This document shows, piece by piece, positions 10,558-18,974 of a stretch of DNA of 64,000 bases (the stretch's first letter is position 1; every line of letters starts with the position of its first letter). The stretch spans positions 7,582-71,581 of the forward strand of contig CAZYES010000001.1 in NCBI GenBank assembly GCA_964646515.1, given 5' to 3'. The stretch is from an uncultured Candidatus Saccharibacteria bacterium (GTDB lineage: Bacteria; Patescibacteriota; Minisyncoccia; Phycocordibacterales; PALSA-1337). The notes under the pieces are model-generated. The model had not been told where the DNA came from. It made no database searches and was given only the letters and a program-made list of their open reading frames with translations. A program made the position numbers and the translations under genes.

Positions 10558-11301
10558 ATGAGAAAAAATCCTAGGATAATAATTTTTACAGATGGGTCTT
10601 CACGCGGTAATCCCGGTCCAGGAGGATGGGCCAGTGTTATAGTGACGGGTGTTTTGCCAAAAATAGAGAGTAGAAAAGCCACAGTGACAGAAATAGGTGG
10701 CGCAGAAAAGATGACGACAAATAATAGGATGGAACTTGTGGCGGCAATGCAAGGCATTTCACATACGCCACAAGGTTCAGAAGTAACCGTTTACACGGAT
10801 TCGTCATATTTGATCAATGGTATGACGAAATGGATCAAGAATTGGAAAAGAAATGGTTGGGTTACCAAGACCAAAGGTGATGTGTTGAATAAAGATATAT
10901 GGATAACGCTTGATCGATATGTTAACGAGAGAAGTATCAGTTGGAAATATGTTGGTGGGCACATTGGTATTGTGGGCAATGAAAGATGTGATCATATAGC
11001 CACTAGTTTTGCTGATGGTATAAAAATAGAATTATATAGGGGTTTTCTTTCTGGGTATGATTTGCCCAATATCGTGAATATATCGGAAGACGACAAAAAA
11101 GTTATGATAAAGGAAAACAAATCTTCTCGCTCGAGATTGAAAGCTTATTCATATGTGAGTTTGGTCAATGGCATCATCAAAATTGATCATTCTTGGGCGG
11201 AGTGTGAAAGACGCGTCAAGGGAGTCGGGGGCGCAAGATATAAAAAAGCGACAGATGCTAGTGACGAAGCTAAAATTATCGAGGGATTCAGTATGGCGTA
11301 A
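10558..11301 (+). CDS. rnhA: ribonuclease HI with a C-terminal hybrid-binding (HBD/Cauli_VI-like) domain
   Basis: RNase H catalytic residues (TDGSSRGNPG, MELVAA, YTDSSY, NERCDH), then AYSYVSLVNG...SWAECERRVKGVGGARYKKATDASDEAK, which matches the RNase H1 HBD consensus. Confidence 0.8.
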   Translation: MRKNPRIIIFTDGSSRGNPGPGGWASVIVTGVLPKIESRKATVTEIGGAEKMTTNNRMELVAAMQGISHTPQGSEVTVYTDSSYLINGMTKWIKNWKRNGWVTKTKGDVLNKDIWITLDRYVNERSISWKYVGGHIGIVGNERCDHIATSFADGIKIELYRGFLSGYDLPNIVNISEDDKKVMIKENKSSRSRLKAYSYVSLVNGIIKIDHSWAECERRVKGVGGARYKKATDASDEAKIIEGFSMA

Positions 11302-11413
11302 ATATGGTCGTAGAGTATGGTCGGGAGATTTCATCTGGATTTGATTTTTTATTTATCAAGATTTTAATCTTTTTTTATTGGGATTTTATCTAAGATGAGT
11401 ACGATTAACTCTC

Positions 11414-12841
11414 ATGAAGAGAGGGGTTTTTGTTTTTTGGAGTATTCTCGTTGCGGTCGCGCTTTTGCGTTTGTGGCAATCTTTCGATGTAAAGGCACCA
11501 GATCTTGGTATATGTGTGGGACAAAACGTCAATGGCACCGGTATAGTTTACGAGGAACCAGAACGCAAAGAAACAGGGCAGATCTTTATGGTGTCTGTCC
11601 ACAGATTGTCTGTTGCTAGCACCTCGGCTGGATGTCGTGGTGATTTTCTTATTCGTCTGAAGACCAAGTTGTATCCTAGGTTTGTTTATGGTGACCTAAT
11701 TGAGTTTAGTGGAAGACTTTCTTTGCCGATTAATTTTGGCGGTGCCACCGGAAGAACTTTTGATTACAAAGGGTATCTGGCCAAAGATGGTGTTTTCTAT
11801 GAAATCAAGAGTGCCACGGTCTCTACCGTAATAACGGGGTCGTCAACCCCCGAAAAGAACGTTGCAAATGATGGAGATTTAATTAAAGGTTTACATGCTA
11901 GTGACAATGGCGCAATTGGTTGGCTAGCTCCTACTCTTTATTCTCTAAAGAGAAACTTTGTAAAAAATTTAGAGAAGATTCTCGGTGAACCTCATGCCGC
12001 TTTGGCTTCTGGACTTGTTGTCGGAGAGAAAGCCGCTCTGGGTAAAGATTTACTGGATGATTTTCGAATAGTCGGGCTTATTCATATCGTCGTTTTATCT
12101 GGTTATAACATCACTATCGTCGGCGATGCCATGAGACGTGCTCTTTCGTTTTTCCCTAGGATCTGGGGAATTGGTCTGGGTGGTATAGGTATTGCTTTGT
12201 TTGGTGTCATGGTCGGCGGAGGCGCAACAGTGGTTCGTTCATGTCTTATGGCCGGCATTGCTTTGTCGGCAGATCTCATTCGCCGCGAATATAACGTTAT
12301 GCGTGCCCTTATTTTTGCGGGATTGGCCATGATAGTCCAAAATCCCATGATTCTTTTGCATGATCCTTCTTTTCAGTTATCATTTTTAGCTACAATAGGA
12401 CTTATATTACTTGCTGGTCCCATTGAGAGGCACCTAAGGTTTGTCCCAAAAAGATTTGGTCTACGTGGCATTGTTGCCTCTACCCTGGCCACACAGGTTT
12501 TTGTCTCTCCTTATATCTTGTACATGATGGGCCAGTTTTCAGTTATCGGGGTAGTCGTCAATATCTTGGTACTACCATTTGTTCCTATGACGATGTTTTT
12601 CGTTTTTGTAGCCGGAGTGGTTGGTTTTATATCGCTTTCTTTTGCACAAGTTTTCGGTTGGATTGCATACTCGTTGCTTTCATACGAATTATTTGTAGTA
12701 CGTCATTTTGCGCAGATGCCATTTGCTTCAGTCCATTTGCCATTATTTTCTGGTTGGTTAGTAGTTGGATTTTATAGCATGTTTTTTCTTATCTTATTAT
12801 TTGTCGCATGGAGAAGGAGAGTGCATGTAATATCACTATGA
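11414..12841 (+). CDS. comEC: ComEC/Rec2 competence protein, N-terminal DUF4131 plus competence membrane domain
   Basis: N-terminal signal-anchor, OB-like DUF4131 region, and a polytopic competence domain (HIVVLSGYNITIVG). Confidence 0.75.
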   Translation: MKRGVFVFWSILVAVALLRLWQSFDVKAPDLGICVGQNVNGTGIVYEEPERKETGQIFMVSVHRLSVASTSAGCRGDFLIRLKTKLYPRFVYGDLIEFSGRLSLPINFGGATGRTFDYKGYLAKDGVFYEIKSATVSTVITGSSTPEKNVANDGDLIKGLHASDNGAIGWLAPTLYSLKRNFVKNLEKILGEPHAALASGLVVGEKAALGKDLLDDFRIVGLIHIVVLSGYNITIVGDAMRRALSFFPRIWGIGLGGIGIALFGVMVGGGATVVRSCLMAGIALSADLIRREYNVMRALIFAGLAMIVQNPMILLHDPSFQLSFLATIGLILLAGPIERHLRFVPKRFGLRGIVASTLATQVFVSPYILYMMGQFSVIGVVVNILVLPFVPMTMFFVFVAGVVGFISLSFAQVFGWIAYSLLSYELFVVRHFAQMPFASVHLPLFSGWLVVGFYSMFFLILLFVAWRRRVHVISL

Positions 12842-13824
12842 GGATCGTGGCCAAAACATTTATCATAACTTTGATTGTAATTGTGGCTACATTTATTTTT
12901 GGTCTTTATATATGGCGCGATGAACATCGCCCATCTATTCTGGAAATTTATGTCTTTCCTATGAAAAGTGGGCGTTCTATGTTCGTGCGTACGCCAGATG
13001 ATGTGAGAGTACTGATCGATGGTGGCTCAAATTCGGAAATCGTGCGTAAAATTACCGAAATATTACCTTTTTATTCAAGACGGATTGACATTGTGATTGC
13101 TACGAATGGTGACGGCAAAAATGTGTCGGGGCTGATCGATGTCGTAGATCGATATAAAGTTGGTCATGTATATATTCCGGCGGTAACGCTTCAATCTCTG
13201 GGCATAGCAAGCTCGACTGATCAGATCTATGGTACATTTGAAAGTGATCTTGTCAACAAGGGCATTGCGACTACCAAATTGTTGGCTGGCGATACCATAG
13301 ATCTTGATTCCAGAACAAATATTCGCATTCTATTTCCATTTAAGGACAATCAATTTGTTTATTCCAAGGCCAGTGCGCCAGAGTTGCTATTTGAAATAAT
13401 GATTGGTAATAATTTTTTGACATTTCTCGGTAATGCTTCAAATAAAATACAGAAGGCTATCGCTTCTTCAACTTTTTCCTCGTTTGTTTCTTTGGAAACT
13501 TCGTCGGCAGTAAAATCGATTCATCAGTCTCGCGTTCTAGTCCTTTCCCATAGCGCTTTACCGGCAAATATGTCGCCACAGCTTATGGGTAAAATACGGC
13601 CAGAATATTTGGTTTATTCAAGAGTAATAAGTCGTACGGTGACATCATCGCCCAGTAAATCATCAGCTCCTGTGACGAGTTCATCTAGCAGTGCTCGAAA
13701 GAAAAAAATGGTTATCGATCCGCTTGTCTCTGTTACAAATGAAAAGAGATTTAACTTAAAAGAAGGGAGAACAGTGAAAGTTGTTCTTGATGAGAAAGAT
13801 ATCAAAGTTATCGATCAACTTTAG
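12808..13824 (+). CDS. ComEC C-terminal beta-lactamase-like domain protein (separate ORF, possibly degenerate)
   Basis: N-terminal TM then RVLIDGG...IVIATNGDGKN resembling the ComEC lactamase_B fold. The HxHxDH motif is not evident. It overlaps the upstream ORF by 34 bp in another frame. Confidence 0.5.
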   Translation: MEKESACNITMRIVAKTFIITLIVIVATFIFGLYIWRDEHRPSILEIYVFPMKSGRSMFVRTPDDVRVLIDGGSNSEIVRKITEILPFYSRRIDIVIATNGDGKNVSGLIDVVDRYKVGHVYIPAVTLQSLGIASSTDQIYGTFESDLVNKGIATTKLLAGDTIDLDSRTNIRILFPFKDNQFVYSKASAPELLFEIMIGNNFLTFLGNASNKIQKAIASSTFSSFVSLETSSAVKSIHQSRVLVLSHSALPANMSPQLMGKIRPEYLVYSRVISRTVTSSPSKSSAPVTSSSSSARKKKMVIDPLVSVTNEKRFNLKEGRTVKVVLDEKDIKVIDQL

Positions 13825-13844
13825 TTTTGCCCTATCCGTGTTTG

Positions 13845-14087
13845 CTAGATCAATCCAGCTTTTTTCAAGGTTTTGAGTGCGCCGTTTTTTTGGATTGTGC
13901 GCAGAGCTCTCGTAGACACATTCAAGACTATAGTTTTTTTCAGTTCGGGAACATAGATGCGCTTTTTTTGCAGGTTTGGGTACTTTCTAATTGTGCCACA
14001 AGGATTGAATTGTGTGGCACGAGTACGGTTCGAGTAGCGACCGCCTACGACCGATTTCTTCTGAGTTATAGCGCATATTTTTGCCAT
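13845..14087 (-). CDS. rpmB: 50S ribosomal protein L28
   Basis: MAKICAITQKKSVVGGRYSNRTRATQFNPCG matches the bL28 family. Confidence 0.85.
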   Translation of the reverse strand: MAKICAITQKKSVVGGRYSNRTRATQFNPCGTIRKYPNLQKKRIYVPELKKTIVLNVSTRALRTIQKNGALKTLKKAGLI

Positions 14088-14174
14088 GGTAGTATTGAGA
14101 AACTATGCTATCATAAATCGTCCCCTTAAATCAAGTGACAGGTTTCGAGGAGGGATGATCATAAGTGCCAAAAC

Positions 14175-14780
14175 ATGTTGCAGGTTTTATCTATAGTTAT
14201 TCTTATATTGTCAGTTATCATCCACGAAGTTTCCCACGGCTATATGGCTGATGTCTTGGGCGATCCTACGGCCAGACTGCAGGGTAGATTGACTCTGAAT
14301 CCAATAAAGCATATGGATCCGGTGGGTTCTGTGCTTATTCCACTGCTTACTACTTTTTTGGCCGGTTTTACTTTTGGCTGGGCGAAACCAGTTGTTTACA
14401 ATCCATATAATTTGAGAAATAAGAGGCAGGGAGAGTTTCTCATAGCTATCGCTGGTCCGTTTTCGAACCTATTACTCGCTTTAATTTTTGGGATGATTAT
14501 GCGGTTTACTATTGGTCCAGCGGGTATTATTACACCGTTTATAGAGATTGTCTCGTATATCGTTATTATCAATATAATTTTAGCGATCTTCAATTTGATT
14601 CCACTGCCGCCACTTGACGGCTCGAAACTTTTTTTGGCTTTTTTGCCAAATCAGTATGGCCAAATCCGTGTGGCTCTAGAAAGATACGGGTCAATTTTTG
14701 TTATCATCGCAGTACTTTTTCTCTGGCAATTGGTTGTGCCTATAGTGCCTTTCATCTTTAATTTATTCACTGGCTTATAA
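14175..14780 (+). CDS. M50-family (site-2 protease-like) zinc metalloprotease
   Basis: HEVSHGYMA HExxH motif in a transmembrane segment, in a polytopic membrane protein. Confidence 0.75.
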   Translation: MLQVLSIVILILSVIIHEVSHGYMADVLGDPTARLQGRLTLNPIKHMDPVGSVLIPLLTTFLAGFTFGWAKPVVYNPYNLRNKRQGEFLIAIAGPFSNLLLALIFGMIMRFTIGPAGIITPFIEIVSYIVIINIILAIFNLIPLPPLDGSKLFLAFLPNQYGQIRVALERYGSIFVIIAVLFLWQLVVPIVPFIFNLFTGL

Positions 14781-14837
14781 ATATGTAGCGGTAGTTTTTG
14801 TTGTTTTGTGCCATATGCGGTGGACCAGTACACAGAG

Positions 14838-15300
14838 TTGACAATTTTTTGCGTATATGTAAGGATTGACTACAGATTAGTCTTGTCTGGGTGTTGTCGT
14901 GGTGTCGATGATGTTTCCGCGACGTTGGCATTATTGGCAACATCCAGACCAAATTTAGGGCTTGCCTAGAACCCCATTCGCAGTTTTCCTCTGCTCGTGT
15001 GTTTGCTTCGATTGGTAGTTTGGCCAAGTCCATGGTGCCCCGACCGTCTTTCGTTGGCGTTTCAGCGGTCGGTGGCACCATTTACTCTTCCTGTTCTTTT
15101 ATTTTTATCACAGCGGTTGCTTTTGTCCTTTTGAGCCGTCTGTGATCAGGGTTGCCAGTGTTCCCCCCCCCCCCTCCCACAAACACTGGCACCCTGTCTC
15201 TTAGTCACCGTAAATGGGTTTATCGGACCTTTCTCCTTGTGTTCAATGCCCATTTGCCGTGGCACGCGCCGCAATCTTTCGTAGGTTGCGGCGTTTTTCT
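14838..15300 (+). ncRNA. candidate structured ncRNA of unknown class (candidate classes: RNase P RNA, tmRNA or other)
   Basis: A ~640-bp ORF-poor region, GC-enriched relative to its flanks. It has a TTGACA -35-like hexamer at 14838. Long hairpins include ATGGTGCCCCGACCG...CGGTCGGTGGCACCAT and GCCAGTGTT-C12TCCC loop-AACACTGGC. It ends in an intrinsic terminator at 15267-15300. Confidence 0.35.
15267..15300 (+). terminator. rho-independent terminator
   Basis: CGCCGCAA-tctttcgtagg-TTGCGGCG followed by TTTTTCTT. Confidence 0.7.
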
Positions 15301-15444
15301 TGCATAAAAAATCATTGCATGCTAAGTTGTTGTAATTACCCTTATAAGCAGGGTTTATTAAATAAATTTAGGCAATAATGAGTAATCGTCACAAGCAGTC
15401 CTTTTGGAGACGACTAAAGCTTGTGTGGTGAAGAATTTCAGTTT

Positions 15445-15864
15445 ATGCCAACGATCAATCAACTTACGAGATCTTATCGAAAGCGTTTCAAACAGAAATC
15501 CAAGTCTGTAGCCTTGACTCGTACCTTCAATACTATAAAAAATCGTCCAACCTTTTTTCCGGCACCGTTTAAGAGAGGTGTATGTACAAAAGTTACTACA
15601 AAAACTCCAAAGAAGCCCAACTCTGCCATTAGGAAGATTGCTCGCGTGAGGCTCACTAACGGGATGGAAGTTACGGCCTATATTCCTGGCGAAGGACACA
15701 ATTTGCAAGAGCATGCTGTGGTATTGCTTCGTGGCGGCCGTGTTAAGGATGTAGGTTTACGGTATTCCATTGTGCGTGGTGTTTTGGATTGTGCCGGAGT
15801 GGAGAAGCGTCGCAAAGGTCGTAGTCAGTATGGTAACAAGAAGCCAAAGACGGCCACAGCTTAA
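15445..15864 (+). CDS. rpsL: 30S ribosomal protein S12
   Basis: MPTINQL...KKPNSA(L/I)RK...[15 protein letters not shown] signature. The listed ORF begins 24 nt upstream, but the Met at 15445 is the canonical start. Confidence 0.95.
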   Translation: MPTINQLTRSYRKRFKQKSKSVALTRTFNTIKNRPTFFPAPFKRGVCTKVTTKTPKKPNSAIRKIARVRLTNGMEVTAYIPGEGHNLQEHAVVLLRGGRVKDVGLRYSIVRGVLDCAGVEKRRKGRSQYGNKKPKTATA

Positions 15865-15948
15865 TTGATTTTAAATATACTAGGAAAAACTTTAGGCAAC
15901 ATAAACTATTTTGGCAAAATTCAAAATAAATTATCATAAGCAAATACC

Positions 15949-16419
15949 ATGCGAAGAAAATTAAACATAAAGAGGGAATTGAGACCGGATGTAACATATA
16001 ATTCTCTTAAATTATCTAAGTTCACGAATTATATTATGCAATCTGGCAAAAAAAATATCGCCAGAAAGATTGTTGTTGATTGCATGAATGAAATCAAAGA
16101 GAAAGCCAAGGTCGAAAACCCTTTGGAAATATTTGAGTCGGCCCTGAAAAACACGACTCCATCTATGGAGGTAAGATCACGCCGAGTCGGCGGGGCCAAC
16201 TATCAGGTTCCACGAGAAGTTCGTCCAGAGCGCAAGCAAGCTTTGTCTATGAAGTGGATTATTGAGGCAGCGCGTAATAAGAAAGGCAAGCCTATTCATA
16301 TTAAGTTGGCAGAGGAGATCATCTCCGCCTCAAAGAACGAAGGTGAAGCAATCAAAAAACGTGAAAATGTACACAAAATGGCCGAGGCCAATAAAGCGTT
16401 TGCGCACTTTGCTTGGTAA
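15949..16419 (+). CDS. rpsG: 30S ribosomal protein S7
   Basis: uS7 family similarity ([11 protein letters not shown]..., [11 protein letters not shown]). Confidence 0.9.
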   Translation: MRRKLNIKRELRPDVTYNSLKLSKFTNYIMQSGKKNIARKIVVDCMNEIKEKAKVENPLEIFESALKNTTPSMEVRSRRVGGANYQVPREVRPERKQALSMKWIIEAARNKKGKPIHIKLAEEIISASKNEGEAIKKRENVHKMAEANKAFAHFAW

Positions 16420-16478
16420 TAAGTCGTCTTTTATTATTAGGGAGTAATTGAGTGTTTGTATATTAACATTAAATATTT

Positions 16479-18623
16479 ATGAAACGTGACTACCCGTTAG
16501 AACAAGTAAGAAACTTTGGAATTATTGCTCATATCGACGCTGGTAAGACGACTACATCGGAACGTATCTTGTACTATACGGGTATGACCCATAAAATTGG
16601 GGAAGTTCACGAAGGTGAGACGGTCACTGATTGGATGGAGCAAGAAAGGGAGCGCGGTATTACGATCACAGCGGCTGCCATTACTTGTTTTTGGAATCCA
16701 ACATACATGCCACCGACAGACGTTTCCAAAAAAGTGCGTTTCAATATTATTGATACCCCAGGACACATCGACTTTACTGTTGAAGTGAAGCGTTCTCTTC
16801 GAGTTCTCGATGGGGCAGTTGTGGTATTCGATGGTGTGGCGGGTGTTGAACCACAGTCCGAGACCAATTGGAGGTATGCCGATGACGAAAAAGTCCCACG
16901 GCTTTGTTTTATCAACAAAATGGACCGTATAGGCGCTTCTTTTGATAAGTCGTTCAAATCGATTCTAGAAAGACTCAACAAAAAAGCAGTTAGATTTCAG
17001 ATTCCTATTGGCTTGGAGGGGGGTCATGTTGGCGTTGTCGATCTGATGCGTATGAAAGCTTATTATTTTGAGGGTGAATTGGGTAACAAAATTATTGAAA
17101 AAGACATTCCCGCGGAATTATTAGAAGATGCAAAGAAATATCACGCAGAAATGGTTGAGAAGATTGTCGAACATGACGACCTAGCTATGCAGAAGTATTT
17201 AGAGGGGCAAGAAATCACCATTGGTGAACTCAAGGCAATTACCAGAAAAGCGGTTATCAATAATGACATGTTTCCTGTCTTTACCGGCTCTGCTTTGAAA
17301 AATGTTGGTGTGCAATTGGTTTTGGATGCGGTCGTTGATTATCTGCCATCTCCTCTGGATATTCCTCCAGTAAAGGGAATAAATCCGGAAACCGGCGAAG
17401 AAGTTGTTCGTCACGCTTCCGATGATGAGCCTTTTTGCGCTTTGGCTTTCAAGTTGCAGAATGATCCATTTGTCGGGGCTTTGACTTTCTTTAGGGTCTA
17501 TTCAGGAACTATAGAAGCTGGTACCTACATTTACAATGTCTCTACAGGCAAGAGAGAACGTCTAGGGCGCATGGTGCGCTTGCAGGCAGATCAGAGGGAA
17601 GAAGTCAAAAAAGTTTTTGCCGGAGAGATTGCTGCCGCCGTTGGACTCAAAGACGCGTTAACTTCAAACACTTTTTGTGATGAAAAAAACCCGATTGTAC
17701 TCGAGATTATCAAGTTTATGGAGCCTGTTATTTCACTTAGGATTGAGCCAAAGACCAAGGCCGATCAAGAAAAAATGGGTTTGGCGCTACGCAAGTTGAG
17801 CAACGAAGATCCGACATTCAAGATTTCTTCCAACCAAGAGACGGGCGAGACTATTGTTTCCGGAATGGGCGAGCTTCATCTGGAGATTATGGTTGATCGC
17901 ATGAAGCGTGAATTTAGTGTAGAGGCCAATGTCGGCGAACCGCAGGTAGCATATCGAGAAACTATCCTTGGTAGTGCCGAAGCCGAGCATAAATATATCA
18001 AGCAGACTGGCGGTAAGGGTCAGTATGGCCATGTAAGGTTGAACTTGAAACCTATGGAACCGTGGCCAGAGGGCGAAAAAATACCAAAGACCGTTCATCG
18101 TTATGATGATTTTGAATTTATGAACTCTATAAAAGGTGGCGTTATCCCCAATGAATTTATTCCTGCGGTAGAAAAGGGTGTTCATGAAGCCATGGGCCGT
18201 GGCATTGTTGCTGGTTACAAAATGGTCAACATTTCTTGTGAATTGACATTTGGTTCTTATCACGATGTTGACTCTTCGGAGATAGCTTACAAGATTGCTG
18301 CTTCACAAGCTTTTCAAGATGCCGCCAAGCGCGCCAAGCCAGTTATTTTGGAGCCCATAATGAAATTAGAGGTTGTCGCCCCGGAAAAATATATGGGTGA
18401 TATCAATGGCTCCATTGCTTCCAAGCGTGGTCAGATAGAGGGTAGCCAACCAAAAGGTCAAGCCATTTCTATTATTGCCAAAGTACCTTTGGCGGAAATG
18501 TTCGGTTATACCACTCAACTTCGTTCTATGACCTCCGGACAAGGAAGTGCCATGATGGAATTTGATCACTATGAAGTCGTACCAGCTAATGTGGCGGAGG
18601 AGATTGTGGAGAAAAGAAAGTAG
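16479..18623 (+). CDS. fusA: elongation factor G
   Basis: G-domain AHIDAGKTT, DTPGHIDF, NKMDR, and EF-G domains II-V. Confidence 0.95.
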   Translation: MKRDYPLEQVRNFGIIAHIDAGKTTTSERILYYTGMTHKIGEVHEGETVTDWMEQERERGITITAAAITCFWNPTYMPPTDVSKKVRFNIIDTPGHIDFTVEVKRSLRVLDGAVVVFDGVAGVEPQSETNWRYADDEKVPRLCFINKMDRIGASFDKSFKSILERLNKKAVRFQIPIGLEGGHVGVVDLMRMKAYYFEGELGNKIIEKDIPAELLEDAKKYHAEMVEKIVEHDDLAMQKYLEGQEITIGELKAITRKAVINNDMFPVFTGSALKNVGVQLVLDAVVDYLPSPLDIPPVKGINPETGEEVVRHASDDEPFCALAFKLQNDPFVGALTFFRVYSGTIEAGTYIYNVSTGKRERLGRMVRLQADQREEVKKVFAGEIAAAVGLKDALTSNTFCDEKNPIVLEIIKFMEPVISLRIEPKTKADQEKMGLALRKLSNEDPTFKISSNQETGETIVSGMGELHLEIMVDRMKREFSVEANVGEPQVAYRETILGSAEAEHKYIKQTGGKGQYGHVRLNLKPMEPWPEGEKIPKTVHRYDDFEFMNSIKGGVIPNEFIPAVEKGVHEAMGRGIVAGYKMVNISCELTFGSYHDVDSSEIAYKIAASQAFQDAAKRAKPVILEPIMKLEVVAPEKYMGDINGSIASKRGQIEGSQPKGQAISIIAKVPLAEMFGYTTQLRSMTSGQGSAMMEFDHYEVVPANVAEEIVEKRK

Positions 18624-18974
18624 TAGACCAATCAAAATGGCGTCCGTGTATGTGTTATAATTCTAGATGTTAATTCTATGAGATCACGAAATGTCACATA
18701 TATTATATATGTAGTGTTGTTGCTAATCTTGGCTCTAATGACTTTTTCACTTCCGGGCATGAATACGATACTTTCGGGTAAGGTTCTCGGTGCTTACTAG
18801 ATTTGTAGCCTGTGGATAACTTGCTTTTTATATATTTCTAACGTGATACAATTACTTGGCTATCCAAGATATGATCTCTCCGGAGACGTATCTTTTCTGT
18901 TTATTATAGATTCAGTATTATTAAATTTCATGAGCACCTAGTTGTTGGTGTTCATGAGCTAACTTGCAACAAAA

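Noticed and set aside
15032-15145. 37-aa hydrophobic peptide ORF (MVPRPSFVGVSAVGGTIYSS...) inside the ncRNA candidate
   Set aside because: It coincides with the longest predicted RNA helix. It has no RBS, and its composition matches the GC-rich structured segment, so an RNA is more likely than a micropeptide.
18811-18819. Perfect DnaA box TGTGGATAA in the fusA downstream spacer (and a second at 61843)
   Set aside because: Two 9-mers in 128 kb of double-stranded search space is near chance expectation. There is no dnaA/dnaN and no box cluster, so an origin call is not supported.
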